Shown piece after piece: positions 9,951-20,655 of a stretch of DNA of 64,000 nt (positions are counted from its first letter, which is position 1; every line of letters starts with the position of its first letter). A model generated the notes under the pieces. It saw nothing but the letters and a program-made list of their open reading frames with translations, did not search any database and was not told the origin of the DNA. A program made the position numbers and the translations under genes. The DNA comes from an uncultured Chitinophagaceae bacterium (GTDB lineage: Bacteria; Bacteroidota; Bacteroidia; Chitinophagales; Chitinophagaceae), in the NCBI GenBank assembly GCA_964236235.1, contig CAXSDW010000003.1, positions 22,100 to 86,099 on the forward strand, given 5' to 3'.

Positions 9951-11072
9951 ATGTATGATCTGCAGGATTTTCTTGAGCCCGTAAAAATTGATTTAATAAA
10001 CAACGATTGTGAATTTAACGATGCACAGTTTGCAAATAATATTTCAATTTACGAAAATGAGTTGCCTGATTTATCGGGTATTGATATAGTGATAGCAAGT
10101 GTTGATGAACAAAGGGGAGCAGGGATTACAGCAAAAGAAAAAGCTTGTTATGCTATCCGCAAACAATTGTATTCATTGCATTACTGGCATACTGATATTA
10201 AAGTTGCTGACCTTGGCAATATCAAAACGGGCGCTGCTTTGCAGGATACTTATGCTGCTGTGAAAACCGTGGTAACAGGAGTGCTTAAAATGCATAAAGC
10301 AATTATTATAATTGGCGGTTCTCATGATATTACATTAGCGCAATACTATGCGTTTAAAGGGCTTGATAAAATGATAGAAACTACTGTAATTGATTGTGCA
10401 ATTAATTTAAATGGCGCACACTCTTTACGAAGTCAGAATTTTTTAATGGAGATGCTTACTTCAGAGCCGAATTTTGTAAAGCACTATAACCATATTGGGT
10501 TTCAAAGTTATTTTGTTCATCCTCGAATGCTTGAAACAATGGATAAGCTTCATTTTGATTGTTACCGCTTAGGTGTTGTAAAAGAAAGTATAGAAGAAAT
10601 GGAACCTGTTTTACGCAACACAAACCTTCTTAGTTTTGATATAAATGCAATTAAATATAGTGATGCGCCTGTAAGCGGTTCGCCTAATGGTTTTACCGGT
10701 GAAGAAGCCTGTACGCTTGCCCGCTATGCCGGTATGAGCACGGCTTTGAATACATTTGGTATTTATGGATATAATTTTGACAATGATATAAAAGAGTTAA
10801 CTGCAAAGCAAATTGCCCAAATGATCTGGTATTATATTGATGGAAAAAACAAAAGTAAGCAAGAAGCTTTTTTTGAAGACAAACAGCATTTTAACGAATA
10901 TAACACCGCCTTTGCTGAAGTAAATACAACGTTTTTGCAAAGCAAGAAAACAGGCAGGTGGTGGATGGAATTACCAGATAAAAAAATGATTGCCTGCAGC
11001 TATAAAGATTATTTACAGGCAAGCAGCGACGAGATACCAGAGCGCTGGCTCAGGGCTCAGGAAAGAAGTTAA
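9951..11072 (+). CDS. Arginase/formimidoylglutamase-fold protein (Bacteroidota type, degenerate metal site)
   Basis: ADLGNI, IIGGSHD, HIGFQSY, LSFDINAI, PNGFTGEEAC motifs; C-terminal SKKTGRWWME extension. Confidence 0.75.
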   Translation: MYDLQDFLEPVKIDLINNDCEFNDAQFANNISIYENELPDLSGIDIVIASVDEQRGAGITAKEKACYAIRKQLYSLHYWHTDIKVADLGNIKTGAALQDTYAAVKTVVTGVLKMHKAIIIIGGSHDITLAQYYAFKGLDKMIETTVIDCAINLNGAHSLRSQNFLMEMLTSEPNFVKHYNHIGFQSYFVHPRMLETMDKLHFDCYRLGVVKESIEEMEPVLRNTNLLSFDINAIKYSDAPVSGSPNGFTGEEACTLARYAGMSTALNTFGIYGYNFDNDIKELTAKQIAQMIWYYIDGKNKSKQEAFFEDKQHFNEYNTAFAEVNTTFLQSKKTGRWWMELPDKKMIACSYKDYLQASSDEIPERWLRAQERS

Positions 11073-11081
11073 GATTACAAG

Positions 11082-12941
11082 TTACCGGCCAAACATTTTA
11101 TCTAATTCATCTTTTTTAAATTCAAGATAAACAGGTTTGCCGTTTGCGGTGGAGTTGGGTGTTTCACAATTAAAAAGATCATCAGCCAATGCCTTCATTT
11201 CTTTTTGTGATAAAGTGATGCCTGATTTAACAGATTGCTGGCAGGCCATTGAACGCAAAAGTTTTTCACGCTTACTAAATTTAAGATCATTGCTAAAATG
11301 TTTGTACTGTTCCAGCATCTTATCAATAGTAACTTTTTCATTTCCCTGCACTACATCAGCAGGGCTTCCCTGTATCACGAATGTATTGCTGCCAAAGGGT
11401 TCTATAACGTATCCTAATAACTGAAGATCATTTAACAGCTCATTTAATAACAGGCAATCACCTGGCGGCAGTTCAATACTTGAGGGAAACAAACTTCTTT
11501 GGGTAGCTATAGGTTTTCCCTTTAATGCATTTGAAAATCGTTCATATAAAATTCTTTCATGGGCATTTTGCTGATGAATCACAATGAATCCTTTTTTATT
11601 TTGTGCAATAATAAAAGCATTGTGTACCTGAATGAGATCATCACTTATGTTTTTATTATCAGCAGCATTAAAGAAACCGGTCGTATTATGAGCATCAATA
11701 CTTTTTATTTCATTGCCGTTTTTTAATGCAGGTTCGGGCAATGACCAACGATCAGTTAATTCAGTCTTTCGTTCATCCCAACTAAGCAGATCACTTTTGT
11801 TTTCAATAAAATGCGCCTGGTGTTTTTGTGTAAAAGTTTTGTATAAAGATGAAGCAGTTGCTGCTGATCTTTTGTCTTGAGTAAATGGCTGGCTTACGGC
11901 TTCTGTTTGTTGAATAGTTACATCAAGATCAAAATCCAAAGTAGGCGTTATGCTAAATTGTGCCAATGCGTGTTTAACAGCAGATTGCACAAATGCGTAA
12001 ATAAGTTTCTCATCTTCAAATTTTATCTCCTGCTTTGTTGGGTGCACATTTATATCGAGCCGTGACGGATCAACATCAATAAATAATGCATACATGGGGA
12101 AGCTGTCTTTAGCAATCACATCATTAAAAGCATTCATTACTGCATGATTTAAATAAGCGCTCTTAATAAACCTGTTGTTCACAAAAAAGTATTGGTCGCC
12201 ACGGGTTTTTTTAGCAGTTTCGGGTTTACCAACAAATCCATAAACATTCATGTAATCAGTATCTTCAGTAACATGCACTAATTTTGCAGAATAACTGCTG
12301 CCAAGTATTTGAACAATGCGCTGTTTTAAAGTACCTTTTTCAAGATAAAAAACCTGTTGCCCGTTTGACGTAAGTGAAAAAAAAATATCAGGGAAAGCCA
12401 TTGCCACTCTTATAAATTCATCTATAATATGTTTTAATTCTGATGCATTACTTTTTAAGAAATTTCTTCGTGCCGGAACATTAAAAAATAAATTCTTCAT
12501 CGTGATAACAGTTCCCTGCTGTGCCGCCACAGGCTGTTGTATTTGTACGATACTATTTTCAATTTCAATACATGTTCCTACAATATCTTCAGCTTTTTTT
12601 GTTTTTAATTCAACCTGGGCTACGCCGGCAATGCTAGCCAATGCTTCTCCTCTAAAGCCCATTGTTTTTATGTGAAATAAGTCGTCTATATTTTTTATTT
12701 TAGAAGTAGCATGTCTCTCAAAGCACATACGGGCATCAGTTTCGCTCATTCCGTGGCCATTATCTATTACCTGCACAAGGCTTTTGCCGGCATCATTTAC
12801 TATAAGTTTTATTTCAGTAGCACCGGCATCAACTGCATTTTCAAGAAGTTCTTTAACGGCGCTTGCGGGTCGCTGAATTACCTCCCCTGCCGCAATTTGG
12901 TTAGCTATATTTTCCGGTAAAAGTTGTACAATATCAGGCAC
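11082..12941 (-). CDS. mutL: DNA mismatch repair protein MutL
   Basis: IAAGEVIQRPASAVKELLENAVDAGA, GFRGEALASI, DINVHPTKQEI, MACQQSVK; GTG start. Confidence 0.97.
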   Translation of the reverse strand: MPDIVQLLPENIANQIAAGEVIQRPASAVKELLENAVDAGATEIKLIVNDAGKSLVQVIDNGHGMSETDARMCFERHATSKIKNIDDLFHIKTMGFRGEALASIAGVAQVELKTKKAEDIVGTCIEIENSIVQIQQPVAAQQGTVITMKNLFFNVPARRNFLKSNASELKHIIDEFIRVAMAFPDIFFSLTSNGQQVFYLEKGTLKQRIVQILGSSYSAKLVHVTEDTDYMNVYGFVGKPETAKKTRGDQYFFVNNRFIKSAYLNHAVMNAFNDVIAKDSFPMYALFIDVDPSRLDINVHPTKQEIKFEDEKLIYAFVQSAVKHALAQFSITPTLDFDLDVTIQQTEAVSQPFTQDKRSAATASSLYKTFTQKHQAHFIENKSDLLSWDERKTELTDRWSLPEPALKNGNEIKSIDAHNTTGFFNAADNKNISDDLIQVHNAFIIAQNKKGFIVIHQQNAHERILYERFSNALKGKPIATQRSLFPSSIELPPGDCLLLNELLNDLQLLGYVIEPFGSNTFVIQGSPADVVQGNEKVTIDKMLEQYKHFSNDLKFSKREKLLRSMACQQSVKSGITLSQKEMKALADDLFNCETPNSTANGKPVYLEFKKDELDKMFGR

Positions 12942-13076
12942 CTTAATAAATTCTTTTAAACAGCGAATTTAATATTATCTGCCGCAAAAATTTTTGAAAC
13001 TTGCAAAATGGCTTTTTAATTATATAGTTAGCTTATGAATGGGCTTAAATTAATAATTTGATCATTAATTGAAATC

Positions 13077-13613
13077 TTATTCCCAGGCCGATCCAAAGTT
13101 TACTGTAGCAAAACAATTCTCTTCAAAAATAAAGTCAAATGTTTGGGGATTTATTGAAGCAAGGCCGTAGCTCTTATCCTGTAATGTATAAACTTCAATT
13201 TTTTTAAACTGAGCATCAACAACAAGATAGTATTTTACTTTTTGTGATTGGTATAATTCCATTTTTTCGCCCGTGTCTTTAGATGCGGTGGCAGGAGATA
13301 AAACTTCAATAATAAGAACCGGCGGAAAATCGAGGTATTTTTTTTCTATTTTTTCACAAACTATTAATACATCAGGTTGTACAATAGTGTCATCAGAAAT
13401 TTTCCAGTCTAATGGCGGATATACTGTACATTTTTTGCAATTCTCCAAAGCCTCTTCAAATAAAATGGATAATTTTAGAGTAACTCTTTGATGTTCGGGC
13501 ACCGGCAAAGGGCTCATCGCATAAGGCATTCCTTCAATCAATTCCCAACGTCCTTCCCACTGGCAATAATCGGTGTAAGTATAATAAGGTCTGTATTTTT
13601 CTGCAATAGACAT
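13077..13613 (-). CDS. Uma2 family (PDDEXK-like) endonuclease
   Basis: WELIEG..YAMSP.P..EHQ, VQPDV.IVC, IIEVLSP.T..KD, K..LYQ. Confidence 0.88.
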   Translation of the reverse strand: MSIAEKYRPYYTYTDYCQWEGRWELIEGMPYAMSPLPVPEHQRVTLKLSILFEEALENCKKCTVYPPLDWKISDDTIVQPDVLIVCEKIEKKYLDFPPVLIIEVLSPATASKDTGEKMELYQSQKVKYYLVVDAQFKKIEVYTLQDKSYGLASINPQTFDFIFEENCFATVNFGSAWE

Positions 13614-13692
13614 AGCAGTAAAGTTAAAAAGAAATTTTCTTTAACCCGTCTGTTCTAAATCCTGTTAATTTGTATTTATCTTATATACTTCC

Positions 13693-16623
13693 ATGATAAA
13701 ATCATTACTTCTATTCATTATTGCAATATTCTATTTTCAGATTTCTTTCTCTCAACCTACAATGTCTGCAGATGCAAAAAACTGGGTTGATAGTGTCTTT
13801 AATACGCTGTCAGATACTGGAAAAATTGCACAGCTTATGGTGCTAAGGGTTAGTGAAAAAACTGCCAGTGGAGTGACGTTCTACGATCAAAAAATAGATT
13901 CAGCAATTAAGCAATATAATATAGGTGGCATTGTTTTGTTCCAGGGCGGCCCATTAAAACAGGCAGGGCTGGTGAATCATTTTCAAAGCATTTCTAAAAC
14001 ACCTTTGCTGGTTTGCATAGATGCTGAGTGGGGGCTGGGCATGCGTATGGATAGTATTATTCCGCTAAACCACCAGATAATGTTAGGCGCTCTGCCTGAT
14101 GCGTCAGTCATTTATCAATATGGAAGATTGGTAGGCGAACAATGTAAACGTGCAGGCATACAGGTAAATTTTGCGCCGGTAGTTGATATAAATAATAACC
14201 CAGCTAATCCCGTTATAGGCGACCGGTCTTTTGGTGAGGATAAATACAAAGTAGCGCTGTACGGGGTTCAATATATGAAAGGTTTGCAGGACGCCGGTGT
14301 GCTTGCATGCGCAAAACATTTTCCCGGGCATGGCGATGTAAGTGTGGATTCGCATTTTGATTTGCCAATAATAAATAAAACAAAAGATCAGTTGGATTCG
14401 CTTGAGCTTTATCCTTTTCGGGAGATGATTAAAGAAGGTACAGGAAGTGTGATGATAGCACATTTGTACATTCCTTCCATTGATGACAGGCTTAATCGTG
14501 CGACTTCAATTTCTAAAAATAATGTAACCGGTTTGTTACGCAACCAACTTGGCTTCCAAGGGTTAACTTTTACAGATGCACTTGACATGAAAGGCGTAGC
14601 TAAATTTTTTCCGGCCGGAGAGATTGCTGTTGAATCTTTAATTGCAGGTAATGACGTTCTTTGTCTTCCCGGCGATGTATCAGCAAGTATACAAAAAATA
14701 AAAGAAGCTATTAATGATAAAAGATTATCGTGGGATGATATTAATTTAAAATGTAAAAAAGTGCTGGCAGTAAAATATATGCATGGTCTTGGTAACCTAA
14801 AACCAATTAATACCAATCATCTTACTGAAGATATAAACACTAAAGTAAGTGGTATGAAAAAGCTTGTCGCCCAAAATGCGATTACTTTACTTAACAACCA
14901 GGATAAAACATTTTTTCCTTTAATGGTTAAATCCAGGGATAAAAATTTTGATTCTATTGCTTATGTTGGTGTTGGCCTTGCCGGGGATAACCAATTTGCT
15001 AAAAGAATGAAGACAGATTTCGGCGCAGATGTATTTTATTTTAATTATAAAGAAGATGCAGGCAGAATCCCTTCAATGGTGGAATTGATAAAAAAGCGCT
15101 ATACTTCGGTGGTAATAGGCATTCATAATTATACACGGTTTCCGGGCAACAATTTCGGAATAAGTAATTATGCTGTCAATCTGGCACATCAGCTTCAGCA
15201 GGAAACAAAAGCTATCACTTTTATTTTTGGAAATCCTTATGCAATTAAAAATTTTTGCGATGCTCGCAATCTTGTTGCCTGTTATGAAGATGATGACATA
15301 ACACAAAATGCAGCGATGGATTTTTTAGAAGGTAAAATATACCTCAAAGGGAAACTACCTGTAACGGTTTGTGATAGATATCATTTTGGAAGCGGGTTAA
15401 TTACAAGTGGTTTAAAGATTATAGCGCCGGAAGCTGCAGGGTTTAATGAGTCAAAACTTATGGTGATAGATTCCATCGCAAACGACGCTATTGCAAAACA
15501 AGCAACCGCTGGTTGTGTAGTGTTAGTTGCCAAAGATGGAAATATTGTTTATCAAAAAGCATTTGGTAAATATGATTATAATGCGCCTGACTCTGTAAAT
15601 ATTTCGGCTGTTTATGACATGGCTTCAGTTACTAAAATATGTGCAACCACTCTTGCTGTAATGAAATTATATGATGAGCATAAAATTGATCTTGGTAAAA
15701 AGTTAGGTGATTATCTTTTATGGGTAAAAGGCAGTAATAAACAAAATTTAGTTATAGAAGATATATTACTTCACCAGGCCGGTCTTAATCCTACAATATT
15801 TTTTTACAAGGAAACACTTGATAGCCTGAAAAAACCGCATAAAGGAATATATGCTTCACAGCAAAGTGATTCATTCAGTATTCGTGTGGCAGAAAATTTG
15901 TTTCTTAATAAAAGCTGGACGGATACTATGTATAAGCGTATGTTGCAAAGCAGCCTGGAGCCACCAGATAAATATGTGTACAGTGATAATGATTTTATCT
16001 TTTTAGGAAAGATTGTTGAAAGTATTACCGGTAAAACATTGGATGAATATGTGAAAGAACAATTTTATGATTCGCTGGGATTAACATCTACCGGGTTCAA
16101 TGCAAGATCAAGGTTTCCGCTTAATGAAATTGCGCCAACAGAGACAGATAATTATTTCCGGATGCAACATTTGCGTGGTGATGTGCACGACCAGGGAGCT
16201 GCAATGTTTGGTGGCGTTGCAGGCCACGCAGGATTATTTAGTAATGTAAATGATCTTGCTGTGATAATGCAAATGCTTTTAAACGGAGGAACTTATAACG
16301 GGCACAGGTATATTAATGAAGAAACGATAAAACTATTTACTTCATATAATACAAGCTTAAGCCGCCGTGGGCTTGGGTTTGATAAACCTGAAAAAGATAA
16401 CGCTACAAGAGCTGCGCCTTATCCATGCAGTTTATGTTCTCCGCTTACTTTCGGACATACAGGTTTTACGGGTACTTGTGTATGGGCTGATCCTAAATAT
16501 AACCTGGTATATATTTTTTTAAGTAACAGGGTAAATAATGTTGAACAGAATTGGGATAAGCTCTCAAAATTAAATGTACGAAGCAATATACAGGATGCTA
16601 TATATAGATCAATAGGATTGTAG
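13693..16623 (+). CDS. GH3 beta-N-acetylhexosaminidase fused to a beta-lactamase-like serine hydrolase
   Basis: GH3 DAEWGLGMR, KHFPGHGD, TDALDM; C-terminal SVTK (SxxK), YSDND, GHTGFTGT. Confidence 0.9.
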   Translation: MIKSLLLFIIAIFYFQISFSQPTMSADAKNWVDSVFNTLSDTGKIAQLMVLRVSEKTASGVTFYDQKIDSAIKQYNIGGIVLFQGGPLKQAGLVNHFQSISKTPLLVCIDAEWGLGMRMDSIIPLNHQIMLGALPDASVIYQYGRLVGEQCKRAGIQVNFAPVVDINNNPANPVIGDRSFGEDKYKVALYGVQYMKGLQDAGVLACAKHFPGHGDVSVDSHFDLPIINKTKDQLDSLELYPFREMIKEGTGSVMIAHLYIPSIDDRLNRATSISKNNVTGLLRNQLGFQGLTFTDALDMKGVAKFFPAGEIAVESLIAGNDVLCLPGDVSASIQKIKEAINDKRLSWDDINLKCKKVLAVKYMHGLGNLKPINTNHLTEDINTKVSGMKKLVAQNAITLLNNQDKTFFPLMVKSRDKNFDSIAYVGVGLAGDNQFAKRMKTDFGADVFYFNYKEDAGRIPSMVELIKKRYTSVVIGIHNYTRFPGNNFGISNYAVNLAHQLQQETKAITFIFGNPYAIKNFCDARNLVACYEDDDITQNAAMDFLEGKIYLKGKLPVTVCDRYHFGSGLITSGLKIIAPEAAGFNESKLMVIDSIANDAIAKQATAGCVVLVAKDGNIVYQKAFGKYDYNAPDSVNISAVYDMASVTKICATTLAVMKLYDEHKIDLGKKLGDYLLWVKGSNKQNLVIEDILLHQAGLNPTIFFYKETLDSLKKPHKGIYASQQSDSFSIRVAENLFLNKSWTDTMYKRMLQSSLEPPDKYVYSDNDFIFLGKIVESITGKTLDEYVKEQFYDSLGLTSTGFNARSRFPLNEIAPTETDNYFRMQHLRGDVHDQGAAMFGGVAGHAGLFSNVNDLAVIMQMLLNGGTYNGHRYINEETIKLFTSYNTSLSRRGLGFDKPEKDNATRAAPYPCSLCSPLTFGHTGFTGTCVWADPKYNLVYIFLSNRVNNVEQNWDKLSKLNVRSNIQDAIYRSIGL

Positions 16624-16735
16624 TTTTGCAAAAGAAATAGTAAATTTTGTTTTGAATACGTAGAAATTAATTTAATTAACTTAGAATAATAGGAACGCCG
16701 GTCTCTATAAATACCTATAATAAAAAGCTCGCTAT

Positions 16736-18673
16736 ATGTCTTATCCGTATCAAATAAAATCTTTAGATGAATACCACGAAGCTTATAATAAAAGCGTAAA
16801 AGATCCTGAAAATTTCTGGCAAAATATTGCTGAGTATTTTACCTGGAGAAAGAAGTGGGATAAAGTGCTTGAATGGAATTTTAAAGAGCCAGATGTAAAA
16901 TGGTTCATTAACGGAAAACTGAATATTACTGAAAACTGTATTGACCGTCATCTTGAAGAATTGGGAGATAAGCCGGCCATCATTTGGGAGCCAAATAATC
17001 CTGAAGAAAGAACAAGAGTAGTAACTTATTCAAGGCTGCATAAGAGAGTTTGCCAGTTTGCGCAGGTGCTTAAAAATAATGGTGTAAAAAAAGGCGATCG
17101 GGTTTGCATCTACATGGGAATGGTGCCTGAGCTTGCTTATGCTGTTTTAGGCTGCGCCAGGATAGGAGCAATTCACAGTGTTATATTTGGCGGTTTTTCT
17201 GCGCAAAGCATTGCTGACAGATTGTATGATGCACAGGCAGAATTTATTATTACCTGCGATGGTGCATATCGCGGTGGAAAAGATATTCCTTTAAAGTCTA
17301 TTATTGATGACGCATTGATAGGCAACAGAACGGTGAAAAAAGTAATCGTTTATACAAGAACCAGAACTCCAATCTCTATGTTAAAAGGAAGAGATGTGTG
17401 GTGGGAAGATGAGATGGAATATGCTGAAACACAAATAGAAAAAGACAACGTAATTACTATGCCGGCAACAGAGATGGATGCTGAAGATCCGCTCTTTATT
17501 TTATATACATCAGGTTCTACTGGTAAGCCAAAAGGTGTTGTGCACAGCAGTGCCGGTTACATGGTATGGACCAATTATACTTTTATAAACGTATTTCAAT
17601 ATAAACCCGGAGATGTATTTTTTTGTACAGCAGATGTAGGCTGGATAACAGGTCACAGCTACGTTTTGTATGGACCATTAAGTGCAGGCGCTACAAGTAT
17701 TATGTTTGAAGGCATCCCTACCTGGCCTGATGCAGGAAGATTTTGGGACATAGTAGATAAACATAAAGTGAATACAATCTATACTGCACCCACTGCTATA
17801 AGAAGTTTGATGAGTTATGGTTTGGAACCATTGAAAGGCAAAGATCTTTCATCGCTAAAAGTGTTAGGTACAGTTGGCGAACCTATAAATGAAGAAGCAT
17901 GGCATTGGTATAATGATAACATCGGCAAAGGCAAATGCCCGATAGTTGATACATGGTGGCAAACAGAAACCGGCGGAATTTTAATCTCAAATTTAGCAGG
18001 GATAACTCCTGCAAAACCAAGTTGGGCAACTTTGCCATTACCTGGTGTGCAACCGGTATTGGTTGATGACAGAGGCAAAGAGGTAACCGATGCTGATGAA
18101 GAAGGTATTCTTAAGGGAAATCTTTGCATAAAAGCTCCATGGCCGGCCATTTTAAGAACAACTTATGGAGACCACGAACGTTGCCGTACGAATTATTTTG
18201 CGACGTATGAGAATTTTTATTTTACCGGCGACGGAGCTTTGAAAAATAAAGATGGCTATTACAGGATCACCGGAAGAGTAGATGATGTACTAAATGTAAG
18301 CGGCCATCGCATTGGTACCGCTGAGGTAGAGAATGCGATCAATATGCATGCTGGTGTGATAGAAAGCGCTGTGGTCGGTTATCCGCATAGTATTAAAGGG
18401 CAGGGAATTTATGCGTTTGTTATTTATGAACACATGCATATTAATGAAGAACAAACACGAAAAGATATTAATCAAACCGTAAGCCGGGTGATTGGCGCTA
18501 TTGCAAAACCTGACAAAATTCAATTTGTAACCGGCTTGCCTAAAACACGAAGCGGAAAAATTATGCGAAGAATTCTTAGAAAGATCGCAGAAGGTGAGCA
18601 TGAAAATATCGGGGATACAACTACTTTACTTGATCCTGGTGTTGTTGATGAAATTTTGCAGAAAAAATTGTAA
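16736..18673 (+). CDS. acs: Acetate--CoA ligase
   Basis: YTSGSTGKPKGV, VDTWWQTETG, GRVDDVLNVSGHRIGTAEVE, LPKTRSGKIMRRILRK. Confidence 0.96.
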   Translation: MSYPYQIKSLDEYHEAYNKSVKDPENFWQNIAEYFTWRKKWDKVLEWNFKEPDVKWFINGKLNITENCIDRHLEELGDKPAIIWEPNNPEERTRVVTYSRLHKRVCQFAQVLKNNGVKKGDRVCIYMGMVPELAYAVLGCARIGAIHSVIFGGFSAQSIADRLYDAQAEFIITCDGAYRGGKDIPLKSIIDDALIGNRTVKKVIVYTRTRTPISMLKGRDVWWEDEMEYAETQIEKDNVITMPATEMDAEDPLFILYTSGSTGKPKGVVHSSAGYMVWTNYTFINVFQYKPGDVFFCTADVGWITGHSYVLYGPLSAGATSIMFEGIPTWPDAGRFWDIVDKHKVNTIYTAPTAIRSLMSYGLEPLKGKDLSSLKVLGTVGEPINEEAWHWYNDNIGKGKCPIVDTWWQTETGGILISNLAGITPAKPSWATLPLPGVQPVLVDDRGKEVTDADEEGILKGNLCIKAPWPAILRTTYGDHERCRTNYFATYENFYFTGDGALKNKDGYYRITGRVDDVLNVSGHRIGTAEVENAINMHAGVIESAVVGYPHSIKGQGIYAFVIYEHMHINEEQTRKDINQTVSRVIGAIAKPDKIQFVTGLPKTRSGKIMRRILRKIAEGEHENIGDTTTLLDPGVVDEILQKKL

Positions 18674-18721
18674 GAGTTCATGTCTAAATTTATTAAGATT
18701 AGTATGCCTCTTTAAATACTT

Positions 18722-19984
18722 ATGATTGATCCCGGGAAATTAGAAATTTCAAACTACAGCTATAATCTTCCGGAAGAAAAAATAGCATATTATCCTTTAG
18801 CAGAAAGAGATCAATCCAAATTACTTGTTTGGAAAAATGAAATTATAACAGAAGACATTTATAAGAACATAGCTGGTTATTTACCTGAAAAAAGTTTACT
18901 CATTTTTAATGATACCAAAGTTATTCATGCAAGAATTTTATTTTCAAAACCTTCAGGAGCTAAGATTGAATTGTTTTGTTTAGAGCCATTTCGACAAAAA
19001 GACTATGCACACATTATGAATGAAACAAGCCCTGTTCAATGGAAATGTATGATTGGCGGCGCATCTAAATGGAAGGAAGGTGTGCTTGAAAAACATCTAT
19101 CCATTAATAAAACTGAAGTGATATTAAAAGCGAAACTACAGCAAAAACTACCTGGTGCTTATGTTACAGAATTTACATGGCATCCTTCTCAATTCACTTT
19201 TGCACAAATAATAAATGAGGCCGGACAAACTCCTTTACCGCCATATATAAAAAGAAAAACCAATAAAGAAGATGAAGAAAGATACCATACTATTTATGCA
19301 AACAAAGACGGCTCAGTTGCAGCGCCTACAGCTGGTTTGCACTTCACTTCAAATATCTTTAACTCTTTACAAAAGAAAAATATAGCCCATGATTTTGTTA
19401 CACTGCATGTAGGTTCAGGTACTTTTAAACCAGTAAAATCCGCCTTAATTAGTGATCATGAAATGCATGCAGAATTGATGGAAGTCAGCGCTGCTGCTAT
19501 TGAAAATATTGTAAGAAATTTAAATGATAATATAGTTGCTGTAGGAACAACTTCTCTCAGAGTTTTAGAAAGCCTTTATTGGATGGGCGTTAAGGCTTAT
19601 CTGCAACCAAGCATTGATGAAGATTATCTTTTTATAAAACAATGGGAAGTTTATGAATTGCCTTTAGCAGAGTCAAAAATTGAGACCGGCCTTGCATTAC
19701 AAGCATTGTTAACATGGATGAAAATACATGGTATACAAAGGCTTTTAATTAAAACACAAATTATAATTGTTCCCGGGTACGGGTTTAAAATAGTGAAAGC
19801 TCTTGTTACAAATTTTCACCAGCCAAACTCAACTTTGTTATTATTAGTTGCAGCAATAGCGGGAGAGCGCTGGAAAAAAATTTATGAATACGCCTTGCAA
19901 AATGACTTTAGATTTTTAAGCTATGGAGATGGCTGTCTCATTTTTTTATCATCTCTAAACAATCACTTTATTTCTGAATTGTAA
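18722..19984 (+). CDS. queA: SAM:tRNA ribosyltransferase-isomerase QueA (long Bacteroidota type)
   Basis: FNDTKVIHAR, TPLPPYIKR, GSVAAPTAGLHF, TLHVG.GTF, TNFHQP.STL, FRFLSYGD. Confidence 0.9.
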   Translation: MIDPGKLEISNYSYNLPEEKIAYYPLAERDQSKLLVWKNEIITEDIYKNIAGYLPEKSLLIFNDTKVIHARILFSKPSGAKIELFCLEPFRQKDYAHIMNETSPVQWKCMIGGASKWKEGVLEKHLSINKTEVILKAKLQQKLPGAYVTEFTWHPSQFTFAQIINEAGQTPLPPYIKRKTNKEDEERYHTIYANKDGSVAAPTAGLHFTSNIFNSLQKKNIAHDFVTLHVGSGTFKPVKSALISDHEMHAELMEVSAAAIENIVRNLNDNIVAVGTTSLRVLESLYWMGVKAYLQPSIDEDYLFIKQWEVYELPLAESKIETGLALQALLTWMKIHGIQRLLIKTQIIIVPGYGFKIVKALVTNFHQPNSTLLLLVAAIAGERWKKIYEYALQNDFRFLSYGDGCLIFLSSLNNHFISEL

Positions 19985-20576
19985 CAGGTGTGCCGGCCGG
20001 TATATAACTGTAAAGATCTTTTGCTTCAGTATATTTTAAAGATATGCATCCATCGGTCCAGTTTTGATAATAATCAACCGTCCATTCTTCATCAGGCCTT
20101 GTTGCATGAACAGCAATGCCGTTACCGATACTGGCATTTTTTGGTATAAGCCCTTGATTTTTTCGCTCATTAAATTTTTTTATGCTTTCCTCATTAGGAA
20201 AATCCAGCAACAATTCCGGGCCCCATTTAGGATGAATTTTTTTAAGCAACACTTTAAAATTTCCTTCAGGAGTTCTTTTATCTCCGGCCATATATTTATC
20301 CTTTAAATCATTGCTGCCAAATACAACAGGATAAGTTGCATACCAGCCCTCATCATCATAAACCCTTAGTTCGTAATCAGATTTATCTATAATGATATAA
20401 TAAGGATTATTTTTTGGAACGGCAGCAACAGGTGTTTTGATGGCCGTTTTATTTACTTTATAAATGGATTTCTTTTTAGGTTTTTTTATTGTGAAACCTA
20501 CAAACGAAAGGGAAAATAAAAGTAAAATAAGAAAGCGCCATCCAGTGAGTTTCATTAAGAGCCGGTGTTTGTACAA
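19968..20576 (-). CDS. L,D-transpeptidase (YkuD/YafK-like) family protein
   Basis: GDKRTPEG.F; catalytic GIAVHA...NWTDGCISL (His and Cys present). Confidence 0.85.
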   Translation of the reverse strand: MYKHRLLMKLTGWRFLILLLFSLSFVGFTIKKPKKKSIYKVNKTAIKTPVAAVPKNNPYYIIIDKSDYELRVYDDEGWYATYPVVFGSNDLKDKYMAGDKRTPEGNFKVLLKKIHPKWGPELLLDFPNEESIKKFNERKNQGLIPKNASIGNGIAVHATRPDEEWTVDYYQNWTDGCISLKYTEAKDLYSYIPAGTPVTIQK

Positions 20577-20655
20577 ATATATTCAAACGTGATGCCCTAT
20601 GATAATATTTTACAAAAGATAAAACATCTTTAACTTTTGTGCATATAGCTGCGGG

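Noticed and set aside
13077-13613. Uma2 nuclease as a defence system
   Set aside because: Solitary gene with no methylase, antitoxin, effector or repeat array; Uma2 paralogues are commonly scattered in these genomes.
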